From the NCBI GenBank assembly GCA_963693365.1, contig CAVNZM010000006.1, forward strand, positions 682,001-746,000: a stretch of 64,000 nt of DNA, given 5' to 3'. The first letter of the stretch is position 1. Each line of letters opens with the position of its first letter. The position numbers were made by a program, and so were the translations under genes. The DNA is from Amoebidium appalachense. Lineage: Eukaryota; Protista; Ichthyosporea. Positions 1 to 14,221 of the stretch are shown piece by piece. Below the pieces are notes generated by a model. It saw only the letters and a list, made by a program, of their open reading frames with translations. It was not told the origin of the DNA and made no database searches.

Positions 1-1484
1 GCTCTGGGTCCTTCAGTGCATCAAAGACCGACAACTGGCCATTTGCTATAGCCCTCAGCCGGGCGGCACTTGCCGGGCCTGTGTCGTTCACGAGGGCCGT
101 GAGCATGCCGTTGGGGTTCATCAGCAGGTCACGTGGGCGGCCATACTCAGCCACTCTGCCCTTGTCCATGACCAGCACCTTGTCTGCGTCCATGACGGTG
201 TGCAGGCGGTGGGCAATTGTCAGCACGGTGGCGTGGTGCAGCTGGGTGCGCAGGGTGCGCTGGATGGCCGTGTCGGTGTCGGTGTCGACGTTGGCCGTGG
301 CCTCGTCCAGCACCAGCACCCGGGGCCGCCGCAGCAGCGCCCGGGCCAGGCACAGCAGCTGGCGCTGGCCCACGCTGAAGTTGGCGCCCCCCTCGGCCAC
401 CTGCCCGTCCAGCCCGTTGCCCAGCCCCCGCACCGTGGCCCCCAGCTGCGCGGCCTCCAGCGCCCCCCACAGCGCCGCGTCATCGTGGCGGCCCAGCGGG
501 TCCAGGTTGAAGCGCACCCCACCCACGGCGCCAAAGGCCGCGTCCCTGCCGCCCAGCTTCTGGGAGAACAGCACGGGGTCCTGGGGGATGATGGCCAGGC
601 CCCGGCGCAGGTCCCCCAGGCCCAGGCTGGCCGTGTCGACGCCGTCAATGACAATGCGCCCGCCCTCGGCCTCGGCCATGCGGAACAGCGCGTTCATCAA
701 CGTGCTCTTGCCGCTGCCCGTCCGCCCCACAATCCCCACCTGCACCACAGACAGTCAGCGGACAACATTCTGTGCCGCATGATCTCCACTGCCGGAGCCC
801 AGCAAATTAGCACCTGTCCGCCTGCTCTCCTGTCCCCCGGCAGCACAATTCAAAAAATCCACACCAGCGGCATTGCCTCCACTAGCCCATATAGATAGCT
901 ACAAAAACCCCTTGCACAGCCACTTCTGTTTGGTCACCCTCCATCAGACCACATTTCCTACACAGTGAGACACTGCAGCCAGCAGCCATGTGCCCTGTGT
1001 ATACCTTCTCGCCGGGGTGCACCGTGAGGCTGACGTTGTCCAGCACCAGCGGCAGCTCCGGCCGGTAGCGCATCGTCAGCCCCTCGAACCGCACCTCCCC
1101 GCGCTGAGGCCTACGGTGACCAAAAGGTCAGGGCACATGGCAGTCAGGTGGGTTTATGTGACTGGCACTAGGACCAACAAAAAACCAAACAGCCGCAGTA
1201 TGATACTATAAGGATATGCACACCGTCACAATGCTTAATGGCATGCACACCGTCATAGTCATTAAGGTTAGGCCCACCGTCATAGGCATACACAAATGAC
1301 AATGCTGCATGTGTGGGTGCATACCAATCGGAAGGCGGCTTCTTGTCAGGGGCCGACTCATAGTCAGCCTCGGCAATGGATGGGTCTGCATACTCGAGGA
1401 TGCGTTCCACACCCGTCATGCGAGTTTCGGTCTCTGCTGCCATGCGTGCCGCCCAGTTCATCTGCATCACAATCCTGCGTGTGC

Positions 1485-1559
<75 letters not shown>

Positions 1560-1961
1560 CGTGTACGCACGTGCGCGTTAGACATGTACGAGTGTTTAAA
1601 TGTAAGCATACTGAGTGAGTAGCATTCGTGTGTACATGTGTCGATGTGTCTATCTACACATGCATATATCTTTATATCTGCATACTTCCTTATCTAAATA
1701 CACATATATCTCTCTATCTACATATCATATATCTGTAAATCTACATACCCCTCTATCTACATATGCATAAGATATATGCATATTTGCCTATCTCTATCTA
1801 CACATGAATATATTTGCATATCTGCATGCCTCCCTATCTAAATATGTGTATATCTGCACATCTGCAGACCTCTCTAGCTACATATGTGCATATCTCGATA
1901 TCTACACACCCGTCTATCTACATTTGCATATATACGCATATCTCCATACCTCTCTATTTAC

Positions 1962-2043
<82 letters not shown>

Positions 2044-2283
2044 CACATCTGCACACACATAGCAAGACAGTTCAAGCTGTATCATGCTGCCTGATACCAC
2101 AATGGCAACCTCCCCCCCCCCCCCCCAAAAAAAAAAAAAACAAAAAACAAAACAAAAAAAAACACGCAGCCAGTTGGATGCACACAAGAACACATGGCAC
2201 CCACCCCAAGCAGTAGGCCAGAATCAGCCCGGACTGACTGGGGTCAGCCTTGCCGGCCTGGCCAACAATCAGCATCGAGACGG

Positions 2284-2330
<47 letters not shown>

Positions 2331-2671
2331 TGCGTGTCTGTGTCGTGTGTACAGATGTGTTTTAACTTGTTCACGCGTTTTATTTGTATTCGGTGGGCAG
2401 GCGTCAGCTGTGCGAGCCATATCCAGGACGGGTGCGGCGGGTGTAGGCCTAGGTGATTAAGAAGGCCGAGTGCCTAGGTCATTTGCAGTGCACGTGTGAT
2501 TGGAGACAGTGCGGTGGGGTCAGATAATCAACCGGACACGTGCTATGGCACACAGTAGCAATAAAAAAACACTTGCTACCAAACAACAAGGCTACATCTG
2601 TCCCATGGTGGATCATTCTCTGTCTAACCGCTTTCTAAAGAAAGGCTGTCACTGGTATGCCTTTTGGTGCG

Positions 2672-2739
<68 letters not shown>

Positions 2740-4446
2740 TGCACGTACAGCATGATGACCAGGCCGATGAGTTCCAATCTCATCTGCAGCCACCTGTTTG
2801 CAATCTGCAGGATGTAGAACGACCGATTGTTGAGGTCCACCTGCAATGCACACAGTGAGCAGCCATGCACACAGTGAGCAACCATGCACACAGTGAGCAG
2901 CCATGCACACAGTGAGCAGCCATGCACACAGTCAGCAGCCATGCACACAGTCAGCAGCCATGCACACAGTCAGCAGCCATGCACACAGTCAGCAGCCATG
3001 CACACAGTGAGCAGCCATGCACACAGCCAGCAGCCATGCACACAGTGAGCAGCCATGCACACAGTCAGCAGCCATGCACACAGTCAGCAGCCATGCAAAC
3101 AGCCAGCAGCCATGCACACAGTGAGCAGCCATGCACACAGCCAGCAGCCATGCACACTGAGCAGCCATGCACACAGTCAGCAGCCATGCACACAGTCAGC
3201 AGCCATGCACACAGTGAACAGCAGCGAATTCGAAGCACACAAGGTCACTCAACGTTGAAGGGGGAGGGGGGGCACTAGGTGACTTTCATTGGAGAGGGGG
3301 GAGAAATTCTAATCATGATTTTGGTGTAGGCAGAGTGCCAGTCATTCGTTCACGGAAAGCAAAACGTCTGGAAAGGAAGGAAGGGGGGGGGGGGGGGGGG
3401 GGGGGGGGACTCACCAACTCCTTGTTGCGATCAATGAATCGTGTCTGGTCCCCGTAGCAGCGGATGGTCGACACCCCGGCCAGCGTCTCGCTGAACTGCA
3501 CGTAGATGGGGCTGCGCGTCGTGCTCTCGATCCGCTGCAGCTCTGAGCACACACGCACACCCTTCAGCACATCGCAAATCATGCCCATCCCCCCCCCCCC
3601 CCCCCCCCTCCCCCCTCATTTTCAGGCGTATCCAACTTGTTGCTTGTTGCATGACTCCTGAGGCCAGCACAATGGGAATCACCCAACAGGCCCACACACT
3701 CTGCCCGACTAACACAAGCACGGCCATTCTTAATCACTGAAATTCATTCGTGCGTAAAGTTGTGTTTGTGTGTGTGCGTGTGCACACGGGTGTATGTGCA
3801 CGCGTGTGTTGTGCACACACATTTTCTTTCTTTCTTACTGTTTTGTGTGTGTGTGTTGGGGTGGGGGTGGGGGTGGGGTGGGGTGGGGTGGGGTAGGGGT
3901 GATGGTGTGATGGTGGGGGAGGGGGGGGGGGGGGGGGGGGGGGAGGAGGGAGGGGATGGACATTTAATACCTCTGCTCGTTTTTCTGAAGAAGCCCTGCA
4001 GCCAGTAGTATGCGATGGTGATGGGGAAGAAGGCCACGAGGAACCACGGGAAGACAATGCAGACCATCAGCAGGATGCCAAAGACCTCGGCCAGGCACAC
4101 CAGCATGGACTCCAGTGATTGGGTCATGTACTGGTCCACCTGGTCCATGTCCTTGCTGAACCTGTAGCCATTGGTCCAAAGTCAGCACTGCAAGACTCCA
4201 TCTGCACGATGCACATGTCCTGAAATGATTAGGCCCTCCCCCCCCCCCCCCCCCCCCCCCTCCCCCTCCCCCCCCCCCCCCCCCCCGTGGCCGGGGGCAC
4301 ATCTACAACCACATACGCCTCTCCCATTCCAGATTGCTGATAAGCCCACCAGGAATCTAATGGGTGTAGCACAGAAAACCCACACTGTCCAACCACCTAT
4401 TACCCTACACAAGTGCACCCAATAACACACGCACGCACGCACGCAC

Positions 4447-4512
<66 letters not shown>

Positions 4513-4648
4513 TGTACACACACACCTGTTGAGAATTCTGCCGATGGGTGTTGCGTCAAAGAAGGATGTTTTGGCCCTCAAGATTCCCTTCAGCAGCTGC
4601 CGAGCAGGTCGTGAACTTGACGTCAGTTTTCATTCGAAATATTATTAT

Positions 4649-4679
<31 letters not shown>

Positions 4680-6347
4680 ACACACACACACACCACCACC
4701 TTTCCCTCCCCGACCACGACCAGCACCACTACCACAAACATAACCCTACCAGCAGACACACACAGGCATAGTTCATACCAGAGCATGCCCGGGGAGGTCT
4801 TCAAATGCGAAAAGACCAATGGCGTGAGGACTAGGGGGACATATGCCCAACCATTGGAGGAACAGAATGGTCCTGTAGGGTGGGGTGGGGTGGGGGTGGG
4901 GGGGGGAGGGAGAATAGATTGATGAAAAGGGGAGGGAGAGAGCGTCCAAGGGCAGAGAGAGGAGGCGAGAGAAAAGGTGGACGGGCGTGGACGGGAAAGA
5001 GGGGGTGAAACGGGGAGGGCGGGGGAGGGGGGGGGGGGGGTAGGGGGAGAGGAAGCGACGAAGTGGGAGGGGGCCAAAGCAGGATAGAGGGAGGGGAGCG
5101 AAGCTGGGGTGTGCGTATGTGTTGGGGTTTGAGGTGCACATACCTTCTCATGCAGTGATCGTGATGCACTGATTGAGCCGAATGCAAAGATCAGAGAGCG
5201 TATGACCACAAAGACCTGTGTCAACAAACCAAGCAGACAGTAGCCCCCCAGATAGAAAGTTACGTCCCGGCCGGCGAAAATGGCCGTGGGCCGACCACTC
5301 ATGTTGCGGGTCCATAGGGTCATCCAATTGTCGGTAAGCAGCAGCATGGTCTGCAGCCAATCACAGCGCCCGGTTAAACATCTATTGCTTTCAACCCCTT
5401 CACATGAATCACTCTCATTCTTCTTTATTATTATTATTATTATCATCATCATCATTATTATTATTTTTCATTCCCCCCTCTCCCCTCCCCTCCCCTTCCC
5501 CCCCGCACATACTCTTCTTCTTCTTCTTCTTCTTCTTATGTTTTTGCTGTTGTTGTGGTGTTGGTGTGGTCGTATGTCTTCGTATGTGTGTGTGCGTGTG
5601 TGTGCTTGTGTTGCGTATTTTATTGTTTTTTATTTTTTATTTCTACTACTATTTTTTTATTTTTTTTGGTGGGTGGGTGGGTCGGTGGGTGGGGCCGGGT
5701 TGGAGGCTGAGGGGGGTTCACCTCACTGCCAATGATGCCAGCAGCCACAATGGCCATAAACGTTGGGCCCCCAGCAGCCATAAACCACTTGAGGTACACC
5801 CTGCATGCCCCTAGCAGTCAGACACACACACCCACAGTCCAGAACATATCTGGCTGCCAAACAGCAGAATACAGCACGGCTGCTTGCAGGCTACCCATGA
5901 GTGTACCATCACCACTGCAGCGGGGTTTAACACAAAACAAAGATTTCTAGGGGAGGGTCACGAGGGGTAAGGACTGCACCGAGTTGTGGTGTTCGTGTAT
6001 ACGTGGTGTGTGTGTGGGGGGTCTAGAGTCAACAAGCATATCACGAAGAGAAAGGCACACACGGGTACACCCACACACAGCCACAACCACACAGATATAC
6101 ACAGGCACACCCACACAGGCACACACAGGCACACACACCTGAAGCTGACCTCCCCCTGTACCCTCTCCTCGTCAGCAACCAGTTTGCCCAGCTCCTTAGA
6201 CCCCTCATGTGTGCCCTTGTCTTCTTCGTGGTGGTCCCCCTCGTCCTGTTTCTGCTCTCCCCCCGTGTGCCCGTACGTGGCCATCAGCCCACGTAGCTCC
6301 CCATTCTCCACCTGCATAAGCTCCTCGTATGTGCCTGTGTGTGTGTG

Positions 6348-6429
<82 letters not shown>

Positions 6430-9417
6430 ATGCGCGTGAGCATGTGTGCAGGTGCTTGTGTGCAGATGCGTGAACATGTCAGATACGTTTTGACACTGCG
6501 CCAAGCAAGTGCTGTGTATACCTAAGCACGGCCGCTATTCCCCACACCACATAGCCCTTGCACGGGATACCACAACCAGGTTGTTTTCACGAATAGGAAC
6601 ACAGGCCACAGGCATCTTGGCCAGGAATTTGCTACTGGGCAGACAGAACAGCCTGGATGCTGGAAGGCACCGAAAAGAGCACTGGTACGATGCGCTGGAA
6701 AGAGCACTGGTACGATGGGTTGGAAAGAGCACTGGTACGATACGTTGGAAAGAGCACTCATGCGTTGAAAGAGAAAATTGGTACGATGCGTTGGAAAGAG
6801 CACTGGTACGTTGCGTTGGAAAGAGCACTGATACGATGCGTTGGAAAGAGCACTGGTACGATGCGTTGGAAAGAACACTGGCCTAGGGAGGCATTGGAAG
6901 ACTACTAGTGCCATCCGACACCTACCCATCTCGGCTATTCTCCCCTCCTTCATGACGATGACGCGGGTTGTGTGGGGCAGCACGTGCAGCTGGTTTGTGA
7001 CCAGCAGGCGGGTGCTGTGGGCCAGCAGCCCAGCAAGGCACTTTGTGAGCAGGTGCCGGCCCACGTGCGCGTCCACGGCGCTCAGTGGGTCGTCCAGCAG
7101 CACCAGCTCGGCCCGGCTGTAGGCGGCCCGGGCAATGCTGATGCGCTGCTTCTGCCCCCCCGACAGGTTGATGCCCCGCTCCCCGATCTCGGCCATGTCC
7201 CCGCCCCGCAGCACCCCAAGGTCCGGCAGCAGCGCACAGGCCCGCAGCACGGCCGCGTAGTGGCCGGCGTCAAACTCCCGGCCGAACACAATGTTGTCCC
7301 GCACCGTGCCGTTGACAATCCACGGCACCTATCACCCCCCATAACCCGTCACAGTGCGCCCAGGCATGTCAACACTCACCCCACCACCAATCTAACCAAG
7401 CGCCAAAGACCTATCAGCCCCACACCACTCAGAGTCTATTGTGATAACAACCACCCAACTCCACCACACCCATAAGTTTGTCTGCAATGTTTCTAGGACT
7501 CTATGGGCTCCAATGACTCTATCGAGGTAGAACTTCTTGCTCTTAAAAGGTGTGTGTGTGCTGTAGGGGGCTTATACCTGTGCGGCATAGGCCACCTTCC
7601 CATCAATGTGCACGGTGCCTCCCTCTCTCACCATATCACCAATCAAAGCACTCAGCAGCGACGTCTTGCCGTTGCCCACCGCCCCCACAATGGCCACGAA
7701 CTCCCCCCTCTTTATTTTCAAGTTGATATCTTGGAGGGCAAACCCCCTCATCAGCCCTGCCCCGGGCCTTGCCTCTTCCTTTTTTTCCTCCGCGGCCTTT
7801 TTCTTTGCCTCTTTTTTGGCTTTCCGGCTGTTGGGTTTAGGCCCGGGGGCTATGGGTTGGCCCGTGCTGTCTTTCTTCTCCGTCAGCCAATGGAATTGGC
7901 CGTTGGAGACACGGACGGGGTACTCGCTGGCACTCTGCCCGGTGAAGACTGCAAGGGGGAGGGGCTGACGTCAGAGATCATGCACGTGCACATGTCCTTC
8001 CTTTCTTGCCTCTAAGCTCTCTTCCTTTCTCCGTCTCCCTCCCTCCCCCCCCCCTCCCTCTTTCCTCCCTTTCCATGTTCCTATCCCCCCCCCCCCCCCC
8101 TTTCGCCCCTCCCCCCCCCTCCCCCCCCCCCCCCCCCCCCCACACACACACACGCACATACACCCCAACAAACACACCCACCCACACACCCACCCTACTC
8201 TCCTAGTCCTCCCCTTTACCCCCCTTCCCATCCTTCCCGATCCCCAGCTCACACATCGTGTTCTTCTAATCAAAAGGTTCTTTCACATCCTTCTCATGTC
8301 TAAATTTTCAAGGAGAGAGAAAAAAAAAAAAAAAAAAAGGGCGGACCCAAGCGGAGATCGAGGTCCAAAAACGCCCAAAAGTAGATGGAAGAAGAAGAAA
8401 AGAAAAAGGAAAGAAAACGCTAACTTGAAGCCAAAACAATTGGAGCACTGGGGACCAACCATTCTCTGCACTCTCATCGACTTCATCAGCTAGCAGAAAA
8501 TCCGTCACTCTGACACGTCCAATGTTCATCTTGACAAGGTTAGAGATCACAAACGGGATGAAGCCGAGGGGGAACCGCATTGCTGCAAACAGGGCAATCG
8601 TGGGGAACACGACCTGTGTACGTGTGTGTGTGTGTATGTGTGTGTGTGCGTGCGTGCGCGGGGAGGGGGAGGGGGGGGGGGGGGAGAGGGGGGAGGGGGT
8701 GCGTGTCAACGAGAGGGGGGGGGAGGAGGGGGGATGGATGGGGATTAGTGTGTGCAACAGCCACGGTGAGTGGAGAAACATAGAATGTGCGAGTGTTTGT
8801 AAGGGAGTTTTTTGGTGGAGGAAGGGAGGGGGGGGGGGGGGGAGGGGGGGAGGCAGGCTAGATGATTGGATATGAATCTTGGAAAAATGCCAGGGCAGAG
8901 ATGCTTGCAAGGATGGGATCAATGTGGCATGCATGTGGCTGCCCTCTGAACCAATCAAAACCCACTGTGTGCAGCCCGCCATGCCAAGCCCGACCTTCGA
9001 GTACCACCATCGCCCATTACCACACAACAAAGCCCCAATATCTCCCCCCCTCCACCCCCCCGACTCCCTCCCCCCTCACCCAACTCCAACCCCCTCCCCC
9101 GGCCCCCCCACCCCCAATTCCCCTTCTTGCCCCCTCTCCTCCCATCCCCTTTCATTCTAACCCTTATCAGCAACAACATACTACCCCATTCTTATCACAC
9201 CCACGCCCACCAACCTGGGGTGTGACGGTGTTTCCGGTGAGTGTGTACGTAAGGAATGTAGCTATGGAAGTCAACATGGGAGTGGCGTAGAGCAGAAACG
9301 TGTTCACGGCTCGTAGAAGCATCAGTCGCCACAGCATGGAGAGTTCGTGGTTGCGCACCGCCCCGACTTTCTCAACGAAGCTGGGCTCCCATGCATAGAA
9401 CTTGATGATGCGGATGC

Positions 9418-9484
<67 letters not shown>

Positions 9485-12202
9485 TACTGATGGGATAGAG
9501 CATGCATGTGATCGAGATTAGGTATGCCCGTGTACACAAGCGGACGTCCAAGTGAACACGCACTTAGTGAACAGGCAAGACGATGACTATGTTGGGCTCT
9601 ACCGCTATGTTTCAATGCACTAACACGGCAATGTTCTCTGTCCAACCAGCATGTCCTGCTCCATTCCATTTGAAAACATATACTTGCTCGGTCATCCATG
9701 CAACCCACAGTTTTTTGTACAGAGAAAAGTTGAATTAGTGCCGACTGAACCTTTTTAAGGCCACCACCCCATCCCATCCCAACCACTCTACCTCACACCA
9801 ACATTTTTCACAGCTATCTGACCAGTAGCATCCACGAAGGCTCCATCCAACTCCGAGCAATCTCTTCTTTCTTGCTCCTCCCGTCTCCTTAGAGGGGGTT
9901 TCTTTTAGGCATCCGGGTCGGGTCAGCCCGAACAAGAAATATGCATTATGATTGGTTTAGTGCGTATCAATCAGAATTTGGCCCGACCCGATGCCCAAAA
10001 AGCGGTCACCATAAATCGGCCTAAAAGAAACCCCTTTTAACACCTGCTCCCTACTGTACCCCCCCCCCCCCCCCCCCCCCCCCACACACACACCCAAAAA
10101 ACCCCCCTCCAAAAACCCCTCCCCCCCCCAATAATAAACTCACCCGCCCACCCACAGTCACCCACCCACCCACCCACCCACCTGCAAGATCTCACTGAGG
10201 ATAGTAACCCTCTGATCCGTCTGTTTCTTCTGTTTGAACGTCAGAGCCATGCTCTTGGCTGCCACCGTGCCTGAAACGGGCAGCAACAGAAGCATCACCC
10301 CCACCCCTGCCAGGGCGGAAGGGCCTAGAAGGTTGTAGAGCAAACCAATAATGATAAAGATGATGGTGGGAGACACCCATGCAAAATGTAGAAAGGCGAT
10401 GCCTTCGAGGAAAGACTGACTGTCGATGCTCATCAATGTTACTATTTTGCCCTGTGAACAAAAAAAAAAAAAAAAAAAAGTGAATGTTATTGTGGTGTAG
10501 TGGTGGATGGGATGGTGGTGAGACTGGAATGGGGAGTGTGGAGTTGTGGGTTCATGTATTTGATCATTACTGTATGTGTTTCAGGTGTCCGCGAATGAGA
10601 GGGGTGTACGTGTGGGGTGGTGTGTTTTGGACAGATGTGCTCCGGGCTGTTTCTTACGCCTAATGTGTCCAGCTTTTCACGGTGAGGCATATTTGTGCTT
10701 CCCCATCTCATACGTGTGCACATGTTAGACCACCGGAGTTCCATCGACATTCACTACAAATGGTTCGTTTTCCGCATCGCTCCGAAGCCCCTCCAGAAAA
10801 AATTTCAACAAATGGCCTATCCTTGCCAGTAATATTCTCTCTTCCCTCTCCCACACCTACTCCATTTCCCCCGGTCTGTCTCTCCCCTGGTGTACCACGG
10901 CCCATCTCCCCCTGTCCTCCCCCAGCCCCCCCCCCCCCATCCTCTCTCTCTCTCTCTCTCTCTGCAATGCCTCCCTCCCTCCCTCCCCTCCCCCCCCCCC
11001 CCCCCCCTTGTGTGCCGAGCACACATGTTAGTTATTACCAGTGCCCACCATACATACCTGGCTCATTGCAGGATCCTGACGGGCAGCAGTTGAGAGTCTG
11101 AGGGACTTCCTGTACACGGCCATGGTCACGATGGCACGGATGCGCATGCCCAGCCGGAACCCCTGCAGAAACGAATGGCCCTGCACACACACACTTAGGC
11201 CCCATACATGCGTGAAGGAAAGCGGGTTCTAGACGTTCATCTAGCAACGAAGCAATGAAACACCACCAAAAAAAAGAAAAGAAAAGAAAAAGAAAAAGGA
11301 AGCATGCAGCTAAGGTTATGTGGTGGAATGTAGGCCAGAACACAATGGAAGGAAGGGCGTGTCTAATCCAGGTCGTGTGGTGAACAGAATTCCGTGTTTG
11401 ACACACAACGAATCGCACTGGCTTACATCTTCGGTGGAGCGCATGATATTGGGGTTGAAAAAGGGCAAAAAAGGTCAAAAGGGGGAGGGGAAGGGGGTGT
11501 GAGTGGTGGTGGGGGTGGGGGGAGGGGGGGGGGGGGGAGGGGGGAGGGCAAGGTGCGGCAATTCAATCAGGCCGTACGTACCCAGCAGAGAGACCCCACA
11601 AAGGGCACAATGGCAAACAGCACAGATAGTGCCCAGCCCTGCCACTCGGGCATGGTCCGGAAGGAAATATACTCAATAATCTTCCGCATAATTTGAGGCC
11701 CCGACACGCTGGTGGTGGCATAGACGCCAGAGAGCATGGCCGTAAGGATCATTTCCCTCTTGTACATGCGCAACAGGGTTCGAAACATGTTTGGTCTTGG
11801 TGGCCTTTTCGGGTCGTTTTCCCGTGATTTCCATTCCCACACGTCTTTTTCCCACTCCCTGACAAACTGTGGGTACATGATCTCCGCATGGTCTACGTGT
11901 TCCAGTTCCCACATGTCGTCAGGTTGCAGCTGTCGTTTGGCTCCAAGCATCAGCATGGGTGTCACCTGTGAGAGAGATGAATGAGTGCAGGCCGGAGGGG
12001 GGAAAAAATAAAAAAGAAATTTCCAAGGTTTTTGGGTGTGAAATGAATAACAAGGGCACAAACGGAGGTCCGTCAGGGGATTTACTCCAAAAGACACTCG
12101 GAAGAGAGCAGCCTCCTCCTTCTCCCCCCCCCCCCCCCCCCCCCCCTCCCCCCTCCCCCCCCCCCTCCCCTCCCCCCGATATCAAAAGACAAGAGACAAA
12201 AC

Positions 12203-12241
<39 letters not shown>

Positions 12242-12271
12242 ACCCCACCCCCCCCCCCCCCCCACCCACCC

Positions 12272-12320
<49 letters not shown>

Positions 12321-12391
12321 GAAGTGCAGGAAGAAGAAACTTGAACAGAACTCATCATAACGGGGAGTTCACACGCTTTTTTTCTTTTTCT

Positions 12392-12430
<39 letters not shown>

Positions 12431-12693
12431 AGGGGGGGGTGGGGATGCTTCTGACCCCCTCCCCCCCTCAACCAGTTCAGCCCTCCTACTCCTTCCCCTC
12501 AGCCTTAGGCACCCCATAAAACCTCTCTAGGCTCGTACTAATTTACACCCTGTCCGGGTCACTGCTACCTTGTATCACGCCCATTTCACACCCTGATATG
12601 TGGAAAGGCACACTTTTTGCTACCGCACAAACTTTTCTTGTGGCGGTCAAAAAAATCCCACCGCCCTCCCCTCCCCTCCTCCCCCCCCTCCCC

Positions 12694-12724
<31 letters not shown>

Positions 12725-13189
12725 ACACCACAAAAAAAAAGTACACAGAACAAAAGGAGGACGTGAGAGCGCAACAAAAAAAACTATAAAATAAAATAAG
12801 GAGGTTCAAAAACAGTTGATTCCAGAACTCATACTATATTTTCCTTACTCTAACACACCTGCAAGGCCTTCACAATCCAAGGGAAGCTCCCCTCTCCCCC
12901 CCTCCTTTTCCCATCCGGACACAATACACACACACACACACTACACACACCTCTAGACCACATCAAATCCGTGTTCCCCTCCCCCCCCCTTCCCCCCCCC
13001 AAAGAAATCTTTACACCCCTTCTTCCGCCTGGCCCACCACCCGCACACCTGGTTGAAGGTGACACGGCTGAACCATGATGCTGTCTGCAGAGGACTGCGC
13101 TTGGCCGGTTGGGGCTGGGGCAGACCTCCAAACACACCATCACTGGTGGAGGTGAGGTCGATAACCTGCTCGGTCCCATCTGTATGTGT

Positions 13190-13276
<87 letters not shown>

Positions 13277-14221
13277 GTGTGCGGGGGCGCGGGTGCGCAT
13301 GTGGTCCACACTTGTGTTAACTCGTGTGCAATGGTGAGCACAAGCATCAATGCTCGTGCATAATTGTGCCGTTGTGTGCAAAAGTGCTATCGATTAATGA
13401 CGTGTGTCATGTGAAAAATGTTGGCAAGTACATGTCAAGTGCATCCGATCTTTGTCTAGCTGTTCGGGGAAGTAGCTTGAGGGAAGGGGGAAGAAAAGGT
13501 GGTGGTGGTGGTAGAGGGGGGAGGGGGGGGGGGACAGTGTTGCAGACCATGATAAGAAACACGGCCTGATATTTGCCTGGTGGCAGAGCAGACCGATCAG
13601 TGGCCAGCACCGTGCAAATCAACAGCACCTTTGCGTGTTGTACATATCATAAATTTTTTCCCCCAGAGCATACACATAGACAACCACCAACCCACACACA
13701 CACACACACACAGAGAGAGAGACAGAGACAAACACATGCAGTGTCACACACACGTACACCCACAAACACATACACAAACACACACCCACAGAGAGAAAGG
13801 GGGAAATATATATATATATGGAAAACACAGGCAGACACACACAGACACAGGCATACAAGGAAAGGACGCCAAAGCACACTTGTACGTGGAACCACGTGTG
13901 CACACACAAAGGCGACCAAGCATACACAACACCTCACAAACACACGCATCACAAAAACTTACCCGTCCCCCGTCGCCCCTCCCCCCCCCCCCTCCCCCCC
14001 CCCCCCCCCCCCCCCCCCGGCACACACACACACACGCACACTCGTATATGCATGCACAGGCGCGTCAGCAGGTACAAGCAGAAACGCATACACGCGTGCA
14101 TTAACACACAAGGGCAACCACACACTAGCACACACACACACGTACGCACACACACACAAACGCAAACACCTTCAGACACGCCGGTGCCAATCTGGGTCTT
14201 GTCCTTATCGGCTACCCCCAT
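1..14221 (-). CDS. ABC transporter subfamily C (MRP-like, short form without TMD0); 20 exons, 3' end beyond window start
   Basis: Exons (plus coordinates): 14170-14221, 13049-13179, 11582-11965, 11058-11180, 10182-10451, 9215-9418, 8460-8613, 7578-7948, 6926-7328, 6139-6334, 5722-5800, 5144-5350, 4526-4596, 3971-4161, 3415-3542, 2749-2840, 2205-2285, 1325-1474, 1005-1110, <1-739. All GT-AG and in frame (~1377 aa in window). ABCC hallmarks: [13 protein letters not shown]1 [22 protein letters not shown] and [49 protein letters not shown]2 [11 protein letters not shown] / [15 protein letters not shown] / [11 protein letters not shown] / TIAHRL. The first exon (MGVADKDK...) is the least certain; no stop codon within the window. 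Confidence 0.95.
2846..3217. repeat. 19-bp minisatellite (AGCAGCCATGCACACAGTG/C) x ~19, abutting an ABCC splice acceptor
   Basis: Direct tandem units visible in sequence; on the gene (minus) strand the last unit runs into ...tgtgtgcattgcAG at 2841. Confidence 0.95.
6672..6880. repeat. 25-bp minisatellite (GGAAAGAGCACTGGTACGATGCGTT) x ~8 in an ABCC intron
   Basis: Tandem units with no unique spacers, starting ~45 nt after the donor at 6926. Confidence 0.9.
9892..10036. mobile_element. MITE, PIF/Harbinger (Tourist)-like, 145 bp
   Basis: Terminal inverted repeats gagggggtttcttttaggc ... gcctaaaagaaacccctt; inner inverted pair ggcatccgggtcgggtca / tggcccgacccgatgcc; flanked by TTA on both sides (9889-9891, 10037-10039), the TSD typical of Harbinger elements. 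Confidence 0.8.

Noticed and set aside
81-898. Long plus-strand ORFs (81-782, 200-898; likewise 6972-7475, 7503-8015)
   Set aside because: Antisense shadows of GC-rich ABCC exons; the minus-strand frame carries the conserved NBD motifs.
6672-6880. 25-bp repeats (and the 30-bp repeats at 40021) as a CRISPR array
   Set aside because: Units are directly adjacent with no unique spacers, there are no cas genes, and the context is a eukaryotic intron.
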